Source: Acidobacteriota bacterium (GTDB taxonomy: Bacteria; Acidobacteriota; UBA6911). Taken from it: a stretch of DNA of 64,000 bases. The position numbers and the translations under genes are program-made. The DNA is taken from contig OY761556.1 in the NCBI GenBank assembly GCA_963664705.1, positions 3,808,001-3,872,000 on the forward strand, written 5' to 3'. Of this stretch, positions 48,349 through 58,312 are shown piece after piece (the first letter of the stretch is position 1; each line of letters starts with the position of its first letter). The notes under the pieces were generated by a model. That model was not told the origin of the DNA. It saw nothing but the letters and a program-made list of their open reading frames with translations, and ran no database searches.

Positions 48349-49311
48349 TCACGAAATATTGAACAAATCTTCAAACTCTGGAGAATCGGCAGATTCTTGA
48401 AGCGCCGCTACCAGTTCTCGAAATCTTGCGGCATTGATAGCGTCAAATTCTACGCGCAATCCAGGTTCCTCGAAAAACGGGTGCGCGGAAACGCGAATCG
48501 AGCCGGTCAAACCAAGCCTCTTCTTTTTCTCCTGAAACTGTTCCTGCGCCAGCGACAACCTTGGATTCCGCAGGCGATAGATAAGCTCAAAAACTCTCTC
48601 CCCCTTCTGAAAAGGGGAAAGACGCTGATCTCCGGTAATTTCAATAACGTCCTCTCTATCTAATGCACCACGAGGACTATCTCCCCCGACTCCGGCGAGA
48701 TCGTCCAGCAATGCCAGCAGCTTTTTCTGCAGGCTTGCACTCAAACGGATTTTCCCCATCAATACTGCGAAGCTGTTCTGTACCGACGGTGATTTACCCG
48801 CAAGCGATTCAATGCTGGAAAGAGTCAATCGACCATCTGCCAGGCATTGTCGAAGACCCGGATGTATCTGATGCAGAAGAAGATAACTCCGAAAAACATG
48901 TTCGGCCGGACTTAGGCCAAGAAGAGGCAGGTACTCGCGAATTATCGTTGTGTCGGGTAAGCCGAATTCATTGTGAAGCTTATGCAGAATGCGGGCATTC
49001 TCAAGCGGGTTGAGCTGCCGATGAGATAGGTTATCCCGCACCGCGATCGAGTACGCTTGAACCGCACTATATTCGTCCGCTTGCAGAATACGAGCCAGTA
49101 TTTTGGATTTGCTCAAGCCTCTCAGCGCGCGAATACGACGGAACCCGCAAACAATTTTATGGCGGGAACCCCGCCTCCAGAGCAATACCGGATTCAATTG
49201 ACCAATCTCGCGCAGTGAATCTTGAACGGCGGGCAAATCCAGTCCTTCGCTGATTCGAAAGACTTCATCTTCCAGATCTATGGTTTCAAACTCTACCTCT
49301 TGGATGAACAT
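48349..49311 (-). CDS. ParB/Srx N-terminal domain protein
   Basis: SLREIGQLNPV, IVCGFRR (GxRR), DNLSHRQLNPLE; ATG at 49311. Confidence 0.75.
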   Translation of the reverse strand: MFIQEVEFETIDLEDEVFRISEGLDLPAVQDSLREIGQLNPVLLWRRGSRHKIVCGFRRIRALRGLSKSKILARILQADEYSAVQAYSIAVRDNLSHRQLNPLENARILHKLHNEFGLPDTTIIREYLPLLGLSPAEHVFRSYLLLHQIHPGLRQCLADGRLTLSSIESLAGKSPSVQNSFAVLMGKIRLSASLQKKLLALLDDLAGVGGDSPRGALDREDVIEITGDQRLSPFQKGERVFELIYRLRNPRLSLAQEQFQEKKKRLGLTGSIRVSAHPFFEEPGLRVEFDAINAARFRELVAALQESADSPEFEDLFNIS

Positions 49312-49451
49312 ATCCGGAAGGATAACCAAATCCAAACAGCAACATCCATTCATTTATTTGTTTACGGCAGACTTTTGATATAAAATCGCCCACATTATCA
49401 AGCGGAGGAGCCTTGACGCATTTCCTTCGCATCAATATAGGAGGCTATGCT

Positions 49452-50432
49452 ATGAATTCCCCCTTTTCCAAAACACTTGTTGCCATCCTGTTCGCTGCGT
49501 GTCTGGTCATTACGCCAAAGATTGTGAAAGCACAGGATTACACGGAAGAGGAGTACAAGGTTTTCCAGGATGTCCAGGCCGAGAAGGACGACGCCAAGAA
49601 GATTGACATGATCGTGGCGTTCCTTAAAGAAAAGCCCAAGAACGGCTTGCGGCCCAACATGATTGCCGAAGGACAGAAGGTCATTGTTGAGCTTTCCAAC
49701 GCAAAAAAATGGAATCAGCTCATCGCTCTTGGCGACAAACTTGCAGATGTTGCCCCCAGTGACGCCATTACGGTCAATGCGTTGACCGCGGCCTATTCAG
49801 AAACCGGAAACATGAAAGGTTTCGCGGCTTTTGGCGAGAAAGCCTATGCCAACAAGCCGAGCGCAGATCTGGCCATGGCGCTCTCAAAGGCTTATCAGCA
49901 GTTGGGAAATGACGCCAAAGCGCTCCAGTGGAAAGAAAAGGTGCTTGCTTCGGATCCGGACAACATCGAAGTTCTCATGGATGCGATGAAAAAAGCCGCC
50001 GCCAGCCAGAACATGGTTCAGGCCGTGAAATACTCCAAGCAGTGCCTCGCATTGCTGCCGAAAGCACAGAAGCCTGCCAATATTGATGCTCAGGCCTGGA
50101 AGAACGCCACTGACAGCGCCTATGCGGTCGCTTACGGGATTGTAGGGCAGGATGCCTACGCCAAGAATCAGTTCAGCCTGGCCATCATAAATCTTGAAAA
50201 TGCAGTGAAGTATTACAAGAGAATGGATCAGGCATATTTCGCGCTCGGAATGAGCTACTGGCAATCCAGGAAGCTGGATGCAGCCATGCTGAATTTTGCA
50301 AAGGCCTATGCCATTCATGGGGCCGTGGCGAGCACCGCCAAAGCACAGCTTGATAAGATTTTTGCAAGTTCCAAAATGACGCCTGCCGCTCAGCAGCGTA
50401 TCATGGACAGGGCTGCGCAGGATTTGAAGTAA
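49452..50432 (+). CDS. Secreted TPR-like helical protein
   Basis: GGAGG RBS, signal peptide ending VKA-Q, Ala-rich helical repeats (AYFALGMSY). Confidence 0.7.
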   Translation: MNSPFSKTLVAILFAACLVITPKIVKAQDYTEEEYKVFQDVQAEKDDAKKIDMIVAFLKEKPKNGLRPNMIAEGQKVIVELSNAKKWNQLIALGDKLADVAPSDAITVNALTAAYSETGNMKGFAAFGEKAYANKPSADLAMALSKAYQQLGNDAKALQWKEKVLASDPDNIEVLMDAMKKAAASQNMVQAVKYSKQCLALLPKAQKPANIDAQAWKNATDSAYAVAYGIVGQDAYAKNQFSLAIINLENAVKYYKRMDQAYFALGMSYWQSRKLDAAMLNFAKAYAIHGAVASTAKAQLDKIFASSKMTPAAQQRIMDRAAQDLK

Positions 50433-50522
50433 TTGCGAATCACAGAGGCCGAATGACGAATTGAAAACCTCAGTTTGTCATTCGGCATCAATCCGTTCTG
50501 AATCCCCCCCGAACCCGGCTTC

Positions 50523-51875
50523 CTACATCAATTTGCGCTCATGCGCGGCCCGCTCCAATTCTTCCCTGAATTTCGGATGCGCAATGTTGATCAGCGACCG
50601 GCATCGCTCGCGAACTGTTTTCCCGTGCAAATATGCCACTCCGAATTCGGTAACCACATAATGCACATCTCCCCTGGATGTGACCACGCCGGCTCCTTGT
50701 TTCAGGTAGGACACAATTCGGCTGACGGTATCGTTTACGGCGGTTGAGTGCAAGGCGATGATCGGCTTGCCGCCTTTGCTGCGAGCTGAACCGCGCACGA
50801 AATCGACCTGTCCGCCGATTCCGCTGTAAAAGTGAATCCCAATGGAATCCGCGCAGATCTGACCGGTCAGATCGACTTCGATGGCGGAATTGATGGCAAT
50901 CTGCTTTTCGTTCCGGCTTATCACAAAGGGGTCGTTGACGTACTGGCTGGGATGGAATTCGAATATGGGATTGTTGTGGATAAACTCGAATAGCCGCTTC
51001 GTACCAAGCACGAACCCGATCACAATTTTCCCCGGATGAAGCGTTTTCTTTTCGTTGGTAATGACTCCCTTCTCAATCAGGTCAATGACACCATCGCTTA
51101 CCATCTCCGAGTGAATGCCAAGATCCTTCTTCTCGGTCAGGTAGTTCAACACCGCATCCGGTATTTCACCAATCCCAAGCTGTAGCGTTGAACCATCTTC
51201 AATAAGGTCGGCAATATGGCGGCCGATCCGCATCGCAATATCGGAGACTTCGCCCATAGGAAATTCAAGTAATTCCTCAGAAGTTTCGACAATGTGGTGG
51301 ATCTTGTTCAAGTGAATAAACGAATCGCCGAGTGTCCGCGGCATCTTCGGGTTGACCTGGGCAATAACCGTACGCGCATACTCTGCCGCGGTTTTCGTTG
51401 TATCGACGCCGGCGCCAAAGCTGCAAAAACCATGTTCGTCCGGCGGTGAAACATGGATCAGAGCTACCTCAATCGGCAGGCTTCCGCCGCTGAACAGCGA
51501 TTCGATCTCGCTCAGGAATATCGGCACAAAATCGGCGCGTCCCTCATTGATGGCTTCTCGAACATTCGCACCCGAAAACAGGGCAACATGTCGGAAGCTG
51601 CCAGACATTTCAGGTCTGACGTAGTCCGCACCACCGCGCGTCAATATATGAATGATCTTCACATTCTGCAGTTCGCCGGCGCGAGCAACCATCGCCTTGA
51701 CCAGTTGCTCCGGTTCTGCACATCCAGGGTGGATGTACACACAGTCCCCGCTGCGGATCACCTGCACGGCTTCGGCCGCCGTGCGTCGCTTCTCGAGATA
51801 CTTATCCAGCCAGGTGGCTCGCCGACCGATGGCGCGCTTCTGATCCAATTCCGGTATTGAGGTAGCCATGGTCAC
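50523..51875 (-). CDS. Acetyl-CoA hydrolase/transferase (4-hydroxybutyrate CoA-transferase-like)
   Basis: SPPDEHG, TLQLGIG, LGIHSEM, SGIGGQVDF, VVTEFG, IAHPKFR. Confidence 0.9.
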   Translation of the reverse strand: MTMATSIPELDQKRAIGRRATWLDKYLEKRRTAAEAVQVIRSGDCVYIHPGCAEPEQLVKAMVARAGELQNVKIIHILTRGGADYVRPEMSGSFRHVALFSGANVREAINEGRADFVPIFLSEIESLFSGGSLPIEVALIHVSPPDEHGFCSFGAGVDTTKTAAEYARTVIAQVNPKMPRTLGDSFIHLNKIHHIVETSEELLEFPMGEVSDIAMRIGRHIADLIEDGSTLQLGIGEIPDAVLNYLTEKKDLGIHSEMVSDGVIDLIEKGVITNEKKTLHPGKIVIGFVLGTKRLFEFIHNNPIFEFHPSQYVNDPFVISRNEKQIAINSAIEVDLTGQICADSIGIHFYSGIGGQVDFVRGSARSKGGKPIIALHSTAVNDTVSRIVSYLKQGAGVVTSRGDVHYVVTEFGVAYLHGKTVRERCRSLINIAHPKFREELERAAHERKLM

Positions 51876-53017
51876 TCCTCACGCGTCGTATCATTTAAAA
51901 GCGATTCAAGCCCGCAGTAATCGCAACCCAGCAATCCGGCCAATCCTTCGTGCGTGCAATGGCCGGAGAAGAGGTAAACGCCTCTTCGCAGTGCAGAGTT
52001 CTCGCGGAAAGAGTCAATACCCTTCTCCCCCACATCCTCGACAAAAGGCACGATCACATTATTGAGTGCATGGGAAGCGGTGCGCGCAACGGCGGAGGGA
52101 ATGTTGGGAACGCAATAGTGGATCACTCCGTGCTTCTTGAATATGGGGTCGGAAAGCGTCGTCGGGCGGCTGGTTTCCACGCAACCGCCTTGATCGATGG
52201 ACAGATCGACGATTACACTGCCAGGTCGCATCTTTCGGACCATGGCCTCGGAAATAACGTGCGGCGCTCTGCGCCCATGTATCCACACCGCACCAAGCAG
52301 CACATCGGCCGTCCGGAGATAGCGCTCGAGGTTATAGGGAGTTGCGAGGGCTGTATTGGCAAATGCGGGCAGGCTGGAGTCCACCGCACGCAGACGCTTC
52401 ATATTATCGGTCATAACCGTTACGCGGGCTCCATAGCCCAGAAACACGCGCGCAGCGGTGCGCCCTGCGTTCCCCGCCCCAACAATGACAATATTAGAGG
52501 CGGGAATTCCCGGCAGGCCTCCCAGGATAACACCTCTTCCCCCGTAGGTTGTCTCGAGGAAGCGTCCAGCAATCTGCGGAACCAGCATCCCCGCAATCTC
52601 CCCCATAGCCGTAACCTCAGGCACGTCGTGATCATCATCCTCCATCAGTTCCAACCCCACGCCGATGACGTTCTGCTCTCGCAGCAACCGGTGTACCTCC
52701 GGATTTGCCGAGCCCAGATGTACGACGCTGAAAAGAAATTTGCCTTCGCCAATCCAGTTGCACTCCGGGACGGTCGGCGGCATTACTTTGACAATGATGT
52801 CCGCGCGGGCAAATACCTCCTCGGCCGAAAAAGCGATGGAAGCGCCCGCCTCCCGGTAGGCTTCCATGGAAAAACCGCACTCCGAACCGGCATCCGATTG
52901 CGCGATGACAACGTGACCTGCTTTTGACAGCGAGTGAACACCTGCGGGCGTCAATGCAACCCGGCGCTCCTCGCCCCATCTCTCCCTCGGTATCCCGATG
53001 ATCATCGGATCCCTCAC
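51872..53017 (-). CDS. Alanine dehydrogenase-like protein (divergent)
   Basis: IIGIPRE..ERRVALTP, GAGNAG, VDLSIDQGGCVET, HYCVPNIP; overlaps the next gene. Confidence 0.8.
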   Translation of the reverse strand: MRDPMIIGIPRERWGEERRVALTPAGVHSLSKAGHVVIAQSDAGSECGFSMEAYREAGASIAFSAEEVFARADIIVKVMPPTVPECNWIGEGKFLFSVVHLGSANPEVHRLLREQNVIGVGLELMEDDDHDVPEVTAMGEIAGMLVPQIAGRFLETTYGGRGVILGGLPGIPASNIVIVGAGNAGRTAARVFLGYGARVTVMTDNMKRLRAVDSSLPAFANTALATPYNLERYLRTADVLLGAVWIHGRRAPHVISEAMVRKMRPGSVIVDLSIDQGGCVETSRPTTLSDPIFKKHGVIHYCVPNIPSAVARTASHALNNVIVPFVEDVGEKGIDSFRENSALRRGVYLFSGHCTHEGLAGLLGCDYCGLESLLNDTTREE

Positions 53018-53077
53018 TTTTTGATTGGGTTTGCTTTATCGTGCGCCTGATCCCCCTCGCGGGTCAATATCGCTCCC

Positions 53078-53111
53078 AAAAAACAAGGGCCCGAAGAATT
53101 CTTCGAGCCCC
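53078..53111 (-). terminator. Intrinsic terminator after the peroxidase gene
   Basis: GGGCTCGAAG-AATT-CTTCGGGCCC followed by TTGTTTTTT on the minus strand. Confidence 0.65.
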
Positions 53112-53206
53112 AGTGTCTTTACAAAACATCGTTGAGAGTAATGGAATTCGCGGCAAATATGCGGCACCCGCTGGCCGCGAATGACGCCCCATGCAATACG
53201 GCCAGG

Positions 53207-54262
53207 CTAATTCATATCCGGTTTGGGCGTTTTGCTTGTGCTTTTCGGAAGCACAGGAGGTTTGATGTAATCAGCCGGGACATCGCCGGTCAGACTCTTC
53301 ATCCATGTCACTATCGATTGCACCTGTCCCGCAGACAGAGTCTTGCCCAGTTGATATTCAGCCATCCGGGAAACGGCATCATCCAGCGTCGAGACCTTTC
53401 CGCTATGGAAATAGGGCTTGGTTTCGGCAATATTGCGCAATCCCGGGACTTTGAATAGCATGTGGTCCACCTGGTTTTTTGTCACCTTTTCGCGGCCAGG
53501 GTCCGAATTTTCCGGGTATTCCTTTATCAACCCCAGTTTCTGATACATGCTCCCGCCGAGATAGGAGCCGGAATGGCAAGCCTGGCATCCGGTTTCCATG
53601 AACAGATTGAATCCGGCCTTTTCTTCATTGGTCAATGCCTGGGCATCGCCTTTGAGAAATTTATCCCAGCGCGAGGGCGTCACAAGCTTCCGCTCAAATG
53701 CGCCAATGGCTTTGGCCATATTTCCATAGTTGACCGGATCCTTGTCTTCGGGAAAAGCTTTCTTGAATGCATCAACATATTCGGGCATGGACTTCAGCAC
53801 CGCGACCACTTGCTTCTCCGAGGTCATGGCCATTTCAACCGGATTCATCACCGGACCTTTCGCCTGTTCCTCAACATCGGCCGCCCGGCCGTCCCAGAAC
53901 TGAACAAAGTGTCCGGCCGCATTATAGACAGTAGGAGAATTGCGATCCCCTTTCACTCCCTTGTGCCCGTCCGACGTAGGATTTCCGTCGACTCCGTACC
54001 GGTCGAGCAGGTGACAGGAGTTGCAGGAAATCGTCTGGCTTTTGGACAACCGCGGTTCAAAATAAAGCAGGCGGCCCAGTACAACCTTATCCTCTGTAAT
54101 GGCATTTGAATTCGAAATCACCGCATCCGGTAGCGGCTGGAACATCTGCAGTTTGGCTGAATCAACTGTTACGGCCGCAACCTCCGGGGCCTTGGACTCT
54201 TTGCTGCACCCGGCACTAATCAAAACCGCAAGGCATGCAAAAACTACCACCCAATGTTTCAT
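53207..54262 (-). CDS. ccp: Di-haem cytochrome c peroxidase (lipoprotein)
   Basis: ISAGC lipobox, CNSCH, CQACH, QFWDGRA, NPVEM, FKVPGLRN, PYFHSG. Confidence 0.9.
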   Translation of the reverse strand: MKHWVVVFACLAVLISAGCSKESKAPEVAAVTVDSAKLQMFQPLPDAVISNSNAITEDKVVLGRLLYFEPRLSKSQTISCNSCHLLDRYGVDGNPTSDGHKGVKGDRNSPTVYNAAGHFVQFWDGRAADVEEQAKGPVMNPVEMAMTSEKQVVAVLKSMPEYVDAFKKAFPEDKDPVNYGNMAKAIGAFERKLVTPSRWDKFLKGDAQALTNEEKAGFNLFMETGCQACHSGSYLGGSMYQKLGLIKEYPENSDPGREKVTKNQVDHMLFKVPGLRNIAETKPYFHSGKVSTLDDAVSRMAEYQLGKTLSAGQVQSIVTWMKSLTGDVPADYIKPPVLPKSTSKTPKPDMN

Positions 54263-54332
54263 TCAGCACCTCCTGAAATCGGTTGTTGCAAAATTATCTG
54301 AATATTCGTTTCTTCGGCGGAATCCGACAACC

Positions 54333-56453
54333 CTATTTCACAGCGTCCAACGCATTTTCCGTAGCGGCCAGCAAAGCCTCGGGCCCCACGGGCGAACCGG
54401 TCGCCCCCTTCATCCACAAATCAGGGGCGATGCGCCCCTGGCGGGCTACGCGTTCGAATTCGGGACCGATCTTGCCGGTTTTTTTCATATGCGCTTCCAG
54501 CTGAAACGCAATCATATGTCCGATCGGATAATCGGGAAGATACAACGATGAATCGATCATATGGGAATAGATACCCAGCAACACAACATCCTTTTTATGG
54601 AATACCGGTTCATAAAACCTGTTCCAGACATCTTTTGAGATCTGAAGAACGGCATCGCGCAATTGTTCCGGCGTTGCCTGGGGATGGTCATACATCCAGT
54701 GCCAGACCTGCATGTCGACAAGGCTCACCCCGCATATTTCGGCGGTTGCCCAGAAATCGTTCAGCACCTTGAACGCCTCGGCCTGGGCATCGGGAGAGTC
54801 CAAACCCAGCACTTTCATATCCTGCCCTTGGAATACAAAGGCAAGGGCCTCGGTGAATGCGGTATTCGGAACGCCGTTGAGAGTGTAATAATCGATCGAA
54901 TTCAGTGAAAAAGTCTGCTCCACATTGTGTCCCATTTCATGAACCGCAATGTTGAAGCCTTTGTAATTCATCCCTGTTTTTTCGATACGCGTCCGAAGAT
55001 GGGCTTTCGCCCCCCGCATGGCAGCTCCCATTGCGTGCCCGGAGCCACGAGCCGGATCAACCACAATGTTATCCGCCAGAAATTTGGCCTTATCCGGTGC
55101 AAAACCCAGCTTTCCCAAAAGCGCCGGAATGTCCTTTTGATAGGCTTCAGCCGTTGGATACTTCCTGGAAACCACCGCGTCAAGTTCAGCCTCGGAATAT
55201 TTCGGTCTGGGCTTGAATCCGTCGTACCAGATATCAAATGGTTCCAGCGGACGGCCCAGTTTCTTCTGAATCAGAGCGCCGACACGGGCAAGCTGCGGCG
55301 ACGACAGCACCTGCTCAAACATTTTTTGTACACGCTCTTCGGGAAGCTGCCGATCTTCATTGAATCGCCGCGCAATCAGGCTCGGAGCGGTTGGCGAGTA
55401 CGGATCCATGAGTTTTGCCGCACGGTAAACCTCAAGAAGATGACGATACCGCGTGTTGGGCTCCGGAGTGTTTGCGGCGGTTTTTCCTGCGGGAGCATAG
55501 TTTGAATCCTTCTCCGCCGCAGGTTTGACATCATTGGAAAAAGGATTCCAATCCACCTGAGGGTTGTTCACAACCGCTTCCGGAATTGATTGGGTTACTA
55601 TACGCTCCATTACCTTTTCAATCATGCGTTGCTTGGCAAGGCCCTGCAGGGGATCCCGGTAATCTGATTTGATCTCATCGCGCAGATTCCAGTGGGACAA
55701 CAGGCGCAATTCCGCAGGGAATAACCGCTGCCCCTGCTCATTGAGCAGATGGTGCATCCATATGTTGTATTCGGAGATGTAGTGTCCGGCTTCAGCACCC
55801 GCTTTTGAAATTGCCAGGTTGACATCGGCCGGAATTCGCTTGGAGAAGGCTTCAGCCAGGCGCGTCTCTGCCCACTGTCGCCGGGTCCATTTCTCCCCCT
55901 GCGTCAAACGCTCATCAAGCGTGGTCATTGGGAAATTCAGAAGTACTACAAAGGCCAGCTTGTTGTTGTACCAATCCTCAGCCAAATGCGCGGAAGGATC
56001 ATAGCCGGCAAAGATTTCGTCATAGGGCTGCACCGGGCCCAAATCAAGATCGGTCTGCTGACGCAATTCACGGTTGATTTCATTCATGTGCCCGGAGGTC
56101 TTCTCCAGAAGGTACTCAAACCGGCCAAACATGGTATCGAGAGCGGTCTGATCGCCGGCAAAGTTTTTGCCGACGAATTCCTCAAACGCCGCCTGATCAC
56201 CGTCGGAAGCGCGCCAGAATTCCGAAATCTGCTTCAATCCGCGCTGTATGCGTGCGCGCTGAGATTCGCCGAACTGTTTTGTCATTGCGGCTTCGAGCTT
56301 GCCTGCCGCCCCTTGCATCCAGGCAGGGGCGGCAGGAGACTGAGCCGCGTCCTTAAATCCATCCTTCTGCGGTGCATTCATTTGAGACTCCTGTGAACAT
56401 GAAACGGCAAATAACAGCGACAAACAGAAAACGGATAATAGAGGTTTTCGCAT
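54333..56453 (-). CDS. Lipoprotein with a gluzincin-like metallopeptidase motif
   Basis: FAVSC lipobox; HEMGH followed by NTAFTEALAF; ATG at 56453. Confidence 0.6.
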   Translation of the reverse strand: MRKPLLSVFCLSLLFAVSCSQESQMNAPQKDGFKDAAQSPAAPAWMQGAAGKLEAAMTKQFGESQRARIQRGLKQISEFWRASDGDQAAFEEFVGKNFAGDQTALDTMFGRFEYLLEKTSGHMNEINRELRQQTDLDLGPVQPYDEIFAGYDPSAHLAEDWYNNKLAFVVLLNFPMTTLDERLTQGEKWTRRQWAETRLAEAFSKRIPADVNLAISKAGAEAGHYISEYNIWMHHLLNEQGQRLFPAELRLLSHWNLRDEIKSDYRDPLQGLAKQRMIEKVMERIVTQSIPEAVVNNPQVDWNPFSNDVKPAAEKDSNYAPAGKTAANTPEPNTRYRHLLEVYRAAKLMDPYSPTAPSLIARRFNEDRQLPEERVQKMFEQVLSSPQLARVGALIQKKLGRPLEPFDIWYDGFKPRPKYSEAELDAVVSRKYPTAEAYQKDIPALLGKLGFAPDKAKFLADNIVVDPARGSGHAMGAAMRGAKAHLRTRIEKTGMNYKGFNIAVHEMGHNVEQTFSLNSIDYYTLNGVPNTAFTEALAFVFQGQDMKVLGLDSPDAQAEAFKVLNDFWATAEICGVSLVDMQVWHWMYDHPQATPEQLRDAVLQISKDVWNRFYEPVFHKKDVVLLGIYSHMIDSSLYLPDYPIGHMIAFQLEAHMKKTGKIGPEFERVARQGRIAPDLWMKGATGSPVGPEALLAATENALDAVK

Positions 56454-56727
56454 TCCATTCCTCCTCCCTGCTTTGGGCAAACCAGGCAAAAAGCTTAACA
56501 CAAAAAGCGCTCAAAGAAACTCCGACACCTATTGGACGTACCGGGAGGAGCGCCGGCGCCCCGACTAAGGCTGCATGCTATTGTCGAGGGCGAAGTCCTT
56601 CGAAGGGCGGCGACCGGTGGCCGCCGCGTCAACTCCGACCTCTTTCGTACTAAATTCCATGAATTTAGCAAAGCGGCTTTGAGGTTGGGCCCGGCGGAGC
56701 TAAATTTGTATTTAGAGGGGAGGATCC

Positions 56728-58266
56728 ATGGCAAAACTTGCGAAAACTTCGGCGATTCTGAAAGAGCTTTCTCTGAAAGATGTGAATGCAGGCGCCTGCT
56801 CCGGACCTGATCGCTGGATCTCGGATCCCGAAGGACAGGAGCTTATTTCCTATTGTCCTGCAAGCGGGGATCCCATTGCCGGCGTGATACAGGCGGGGCC
56901 TGACGCCTATGAGCAGATCATGGCAGAAGCCTCCTCCGTATTTGAAAGCTGGCGCATGATTCCGGCGCCCAAACGGGGCGAACTGATTCGTGACCTTGGC
57001 AATGCATTAAGGGAGTTGAAGGAACCCCTTGGGGATCTGGTCAGCCTGGAAATGGGAAAGATCCAGGCGGAGGGCCATGGCGAAGTCCAGGAGATGATTG
57101 ATATCTGCGATTTCGCGGTCGGGCTATCCCGTCAATTGTATGGGTTGACGATGGCTTCCGAACGTCCTGCCCATCGTATGATGGAGCAATGGCATCCGTT
57201 GGGTGTCGTCGGCGTGATCACGGCATTCAACTTCCCGGTTGCAGTCTGGTCCTGGAACAGCGCCATTGCGGGAGTCTGCGGAAATCCCACGGTGTGGAAA
57301 CCCGCCGGGCCGACACCGTTGTGTGCCGTTGCCGTGCAGCACATCGCAAACCGCGTCATGGCGGATCACGGCATGCGCGGCATATTCAATCTTGTCATCG
57401 GAGCCGGCCGGAGCATTGGCGAGCATATGCTGAATGACTCCAGGATTCCATTGATCTCATTCACCGGATCTACAGCCATCGGAAGACACGTTGCAGAAAC
57501 CGTGGCGCGCAGGTTTGGTCGCACAATCCTCGAGCTTGGCGGAAACAATGCCATTATCGTTACGGAAGAGGCCAATCTCGATCTCGCCATCCGTGCCATC
57601 CTGTTCGGTGCAGTTGGAACCGCAGGACAACGGTGCACCTCGACGCGGCGGATTATCGTCCACAAGAGCATCTCCCGGGATTTGTCTGACAGACTTGTGC
57701 AGGCCTATGCACAGGTGCGCATCGGCAATCCGCTCGATCCGAATGTACTGATGGGACCGCTGGTTACCTCGGAAGCCGTCGAGGAGATGTTCCTGGCCTT
57801 GGAGCAGTCCGAAGCAGATGGCGGCCAGGTCCTTTGCGGAGGCAGGCGTCTCCCGGAGATCGGCTCGCAGTTCGTGGAGCCCGCAATTGTCCGGATGCCC
57901 ACACAAACCGACATTGTGCGAAAAGAAACCTTTGCCCCGATTCTCTACATCCTGGAATACGAAAACTTTGACGAAGCCCTCAAATTGCATAACAGTGTGC
58001 CGCAGGGACTTTCGAGTGCAATATTCACGGGAAGCCTGCAAAAGGCTGAAGAATTCCTCTCTCCGCGCGGGTCCGATTGCGGAATTGCCAACGTAAACAT
58101 CGGGACTTCAGGCGCCGAAATCGGGGGGGCATTTGGCGGTGAAAAGGAAACAGGGGGCGGGCGCGAATCCGGTTCAGACGCCTGGAAGGCTTACATGCGA
58201 CGCCAGACCAACACCATCAACTGGTCCACAGACCTTCCACTCGCGCAGGGCATCAGGTTCCTTTGA
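56728..58266 (+). CDS. Aldehyde dehydrogenase (ALDH7/AmaB, piperideine-6-carboxylate dehydrogenase-like)
   Basis: GEVQEMIDICDFAVGLSRQL, AFNFP, LELGGNNA, GTAGQRCT, GAFGGEKETGGGRESGSD. Confidence 0.9.
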   Translation: MAKLAKTSAILKELSLKDVNAGACSGPDRWISDPEGQELISYCPASGDPIAGVIQAGPDAYEQIMAEASSVFESWRMIPAPKRGELIRDLGNALRELKEPLGDLVSLEMGKIQAEGHGEVQEMIDICDFAVGLSRQLYGLTMASERPAHRMMEQWHPLGVVGVITAFNFPVAVWSWNSAIAGVCGNPTVWKPAGPTPLCAVAVQHIANRVMADHGMRGIFNLVIGAGRSIGEHMLNDSRIPLISFTGSTAIGRHVAETVARRFGRTILELGGNNAIIVTEEANLDLAIRAILFGAVGTAGQRCTSTRRIIVHKSISRDLSDRLVQAYAQVRIGNPLDPNVLMGPLVTSEAVEEMFLALEQSEADGGQVLCGGRRLPEIGSQFVEPAIVRMPTQTDIVRKETFAPILYILEYENFDEALKLHNSVPQGLSSAIFTGSLQKAEEFLSPRGSDCGIANVNIGTSGAEIGGAFGGEKETGGGRESGSDAWKAYMRRQTNTINWSTDLPLAQGIRFL

Positions 58267-58312
58267 GGATAGAACCAATTGGCGAAGTTCATGACAGATT
58301 CCACTGATTAGC

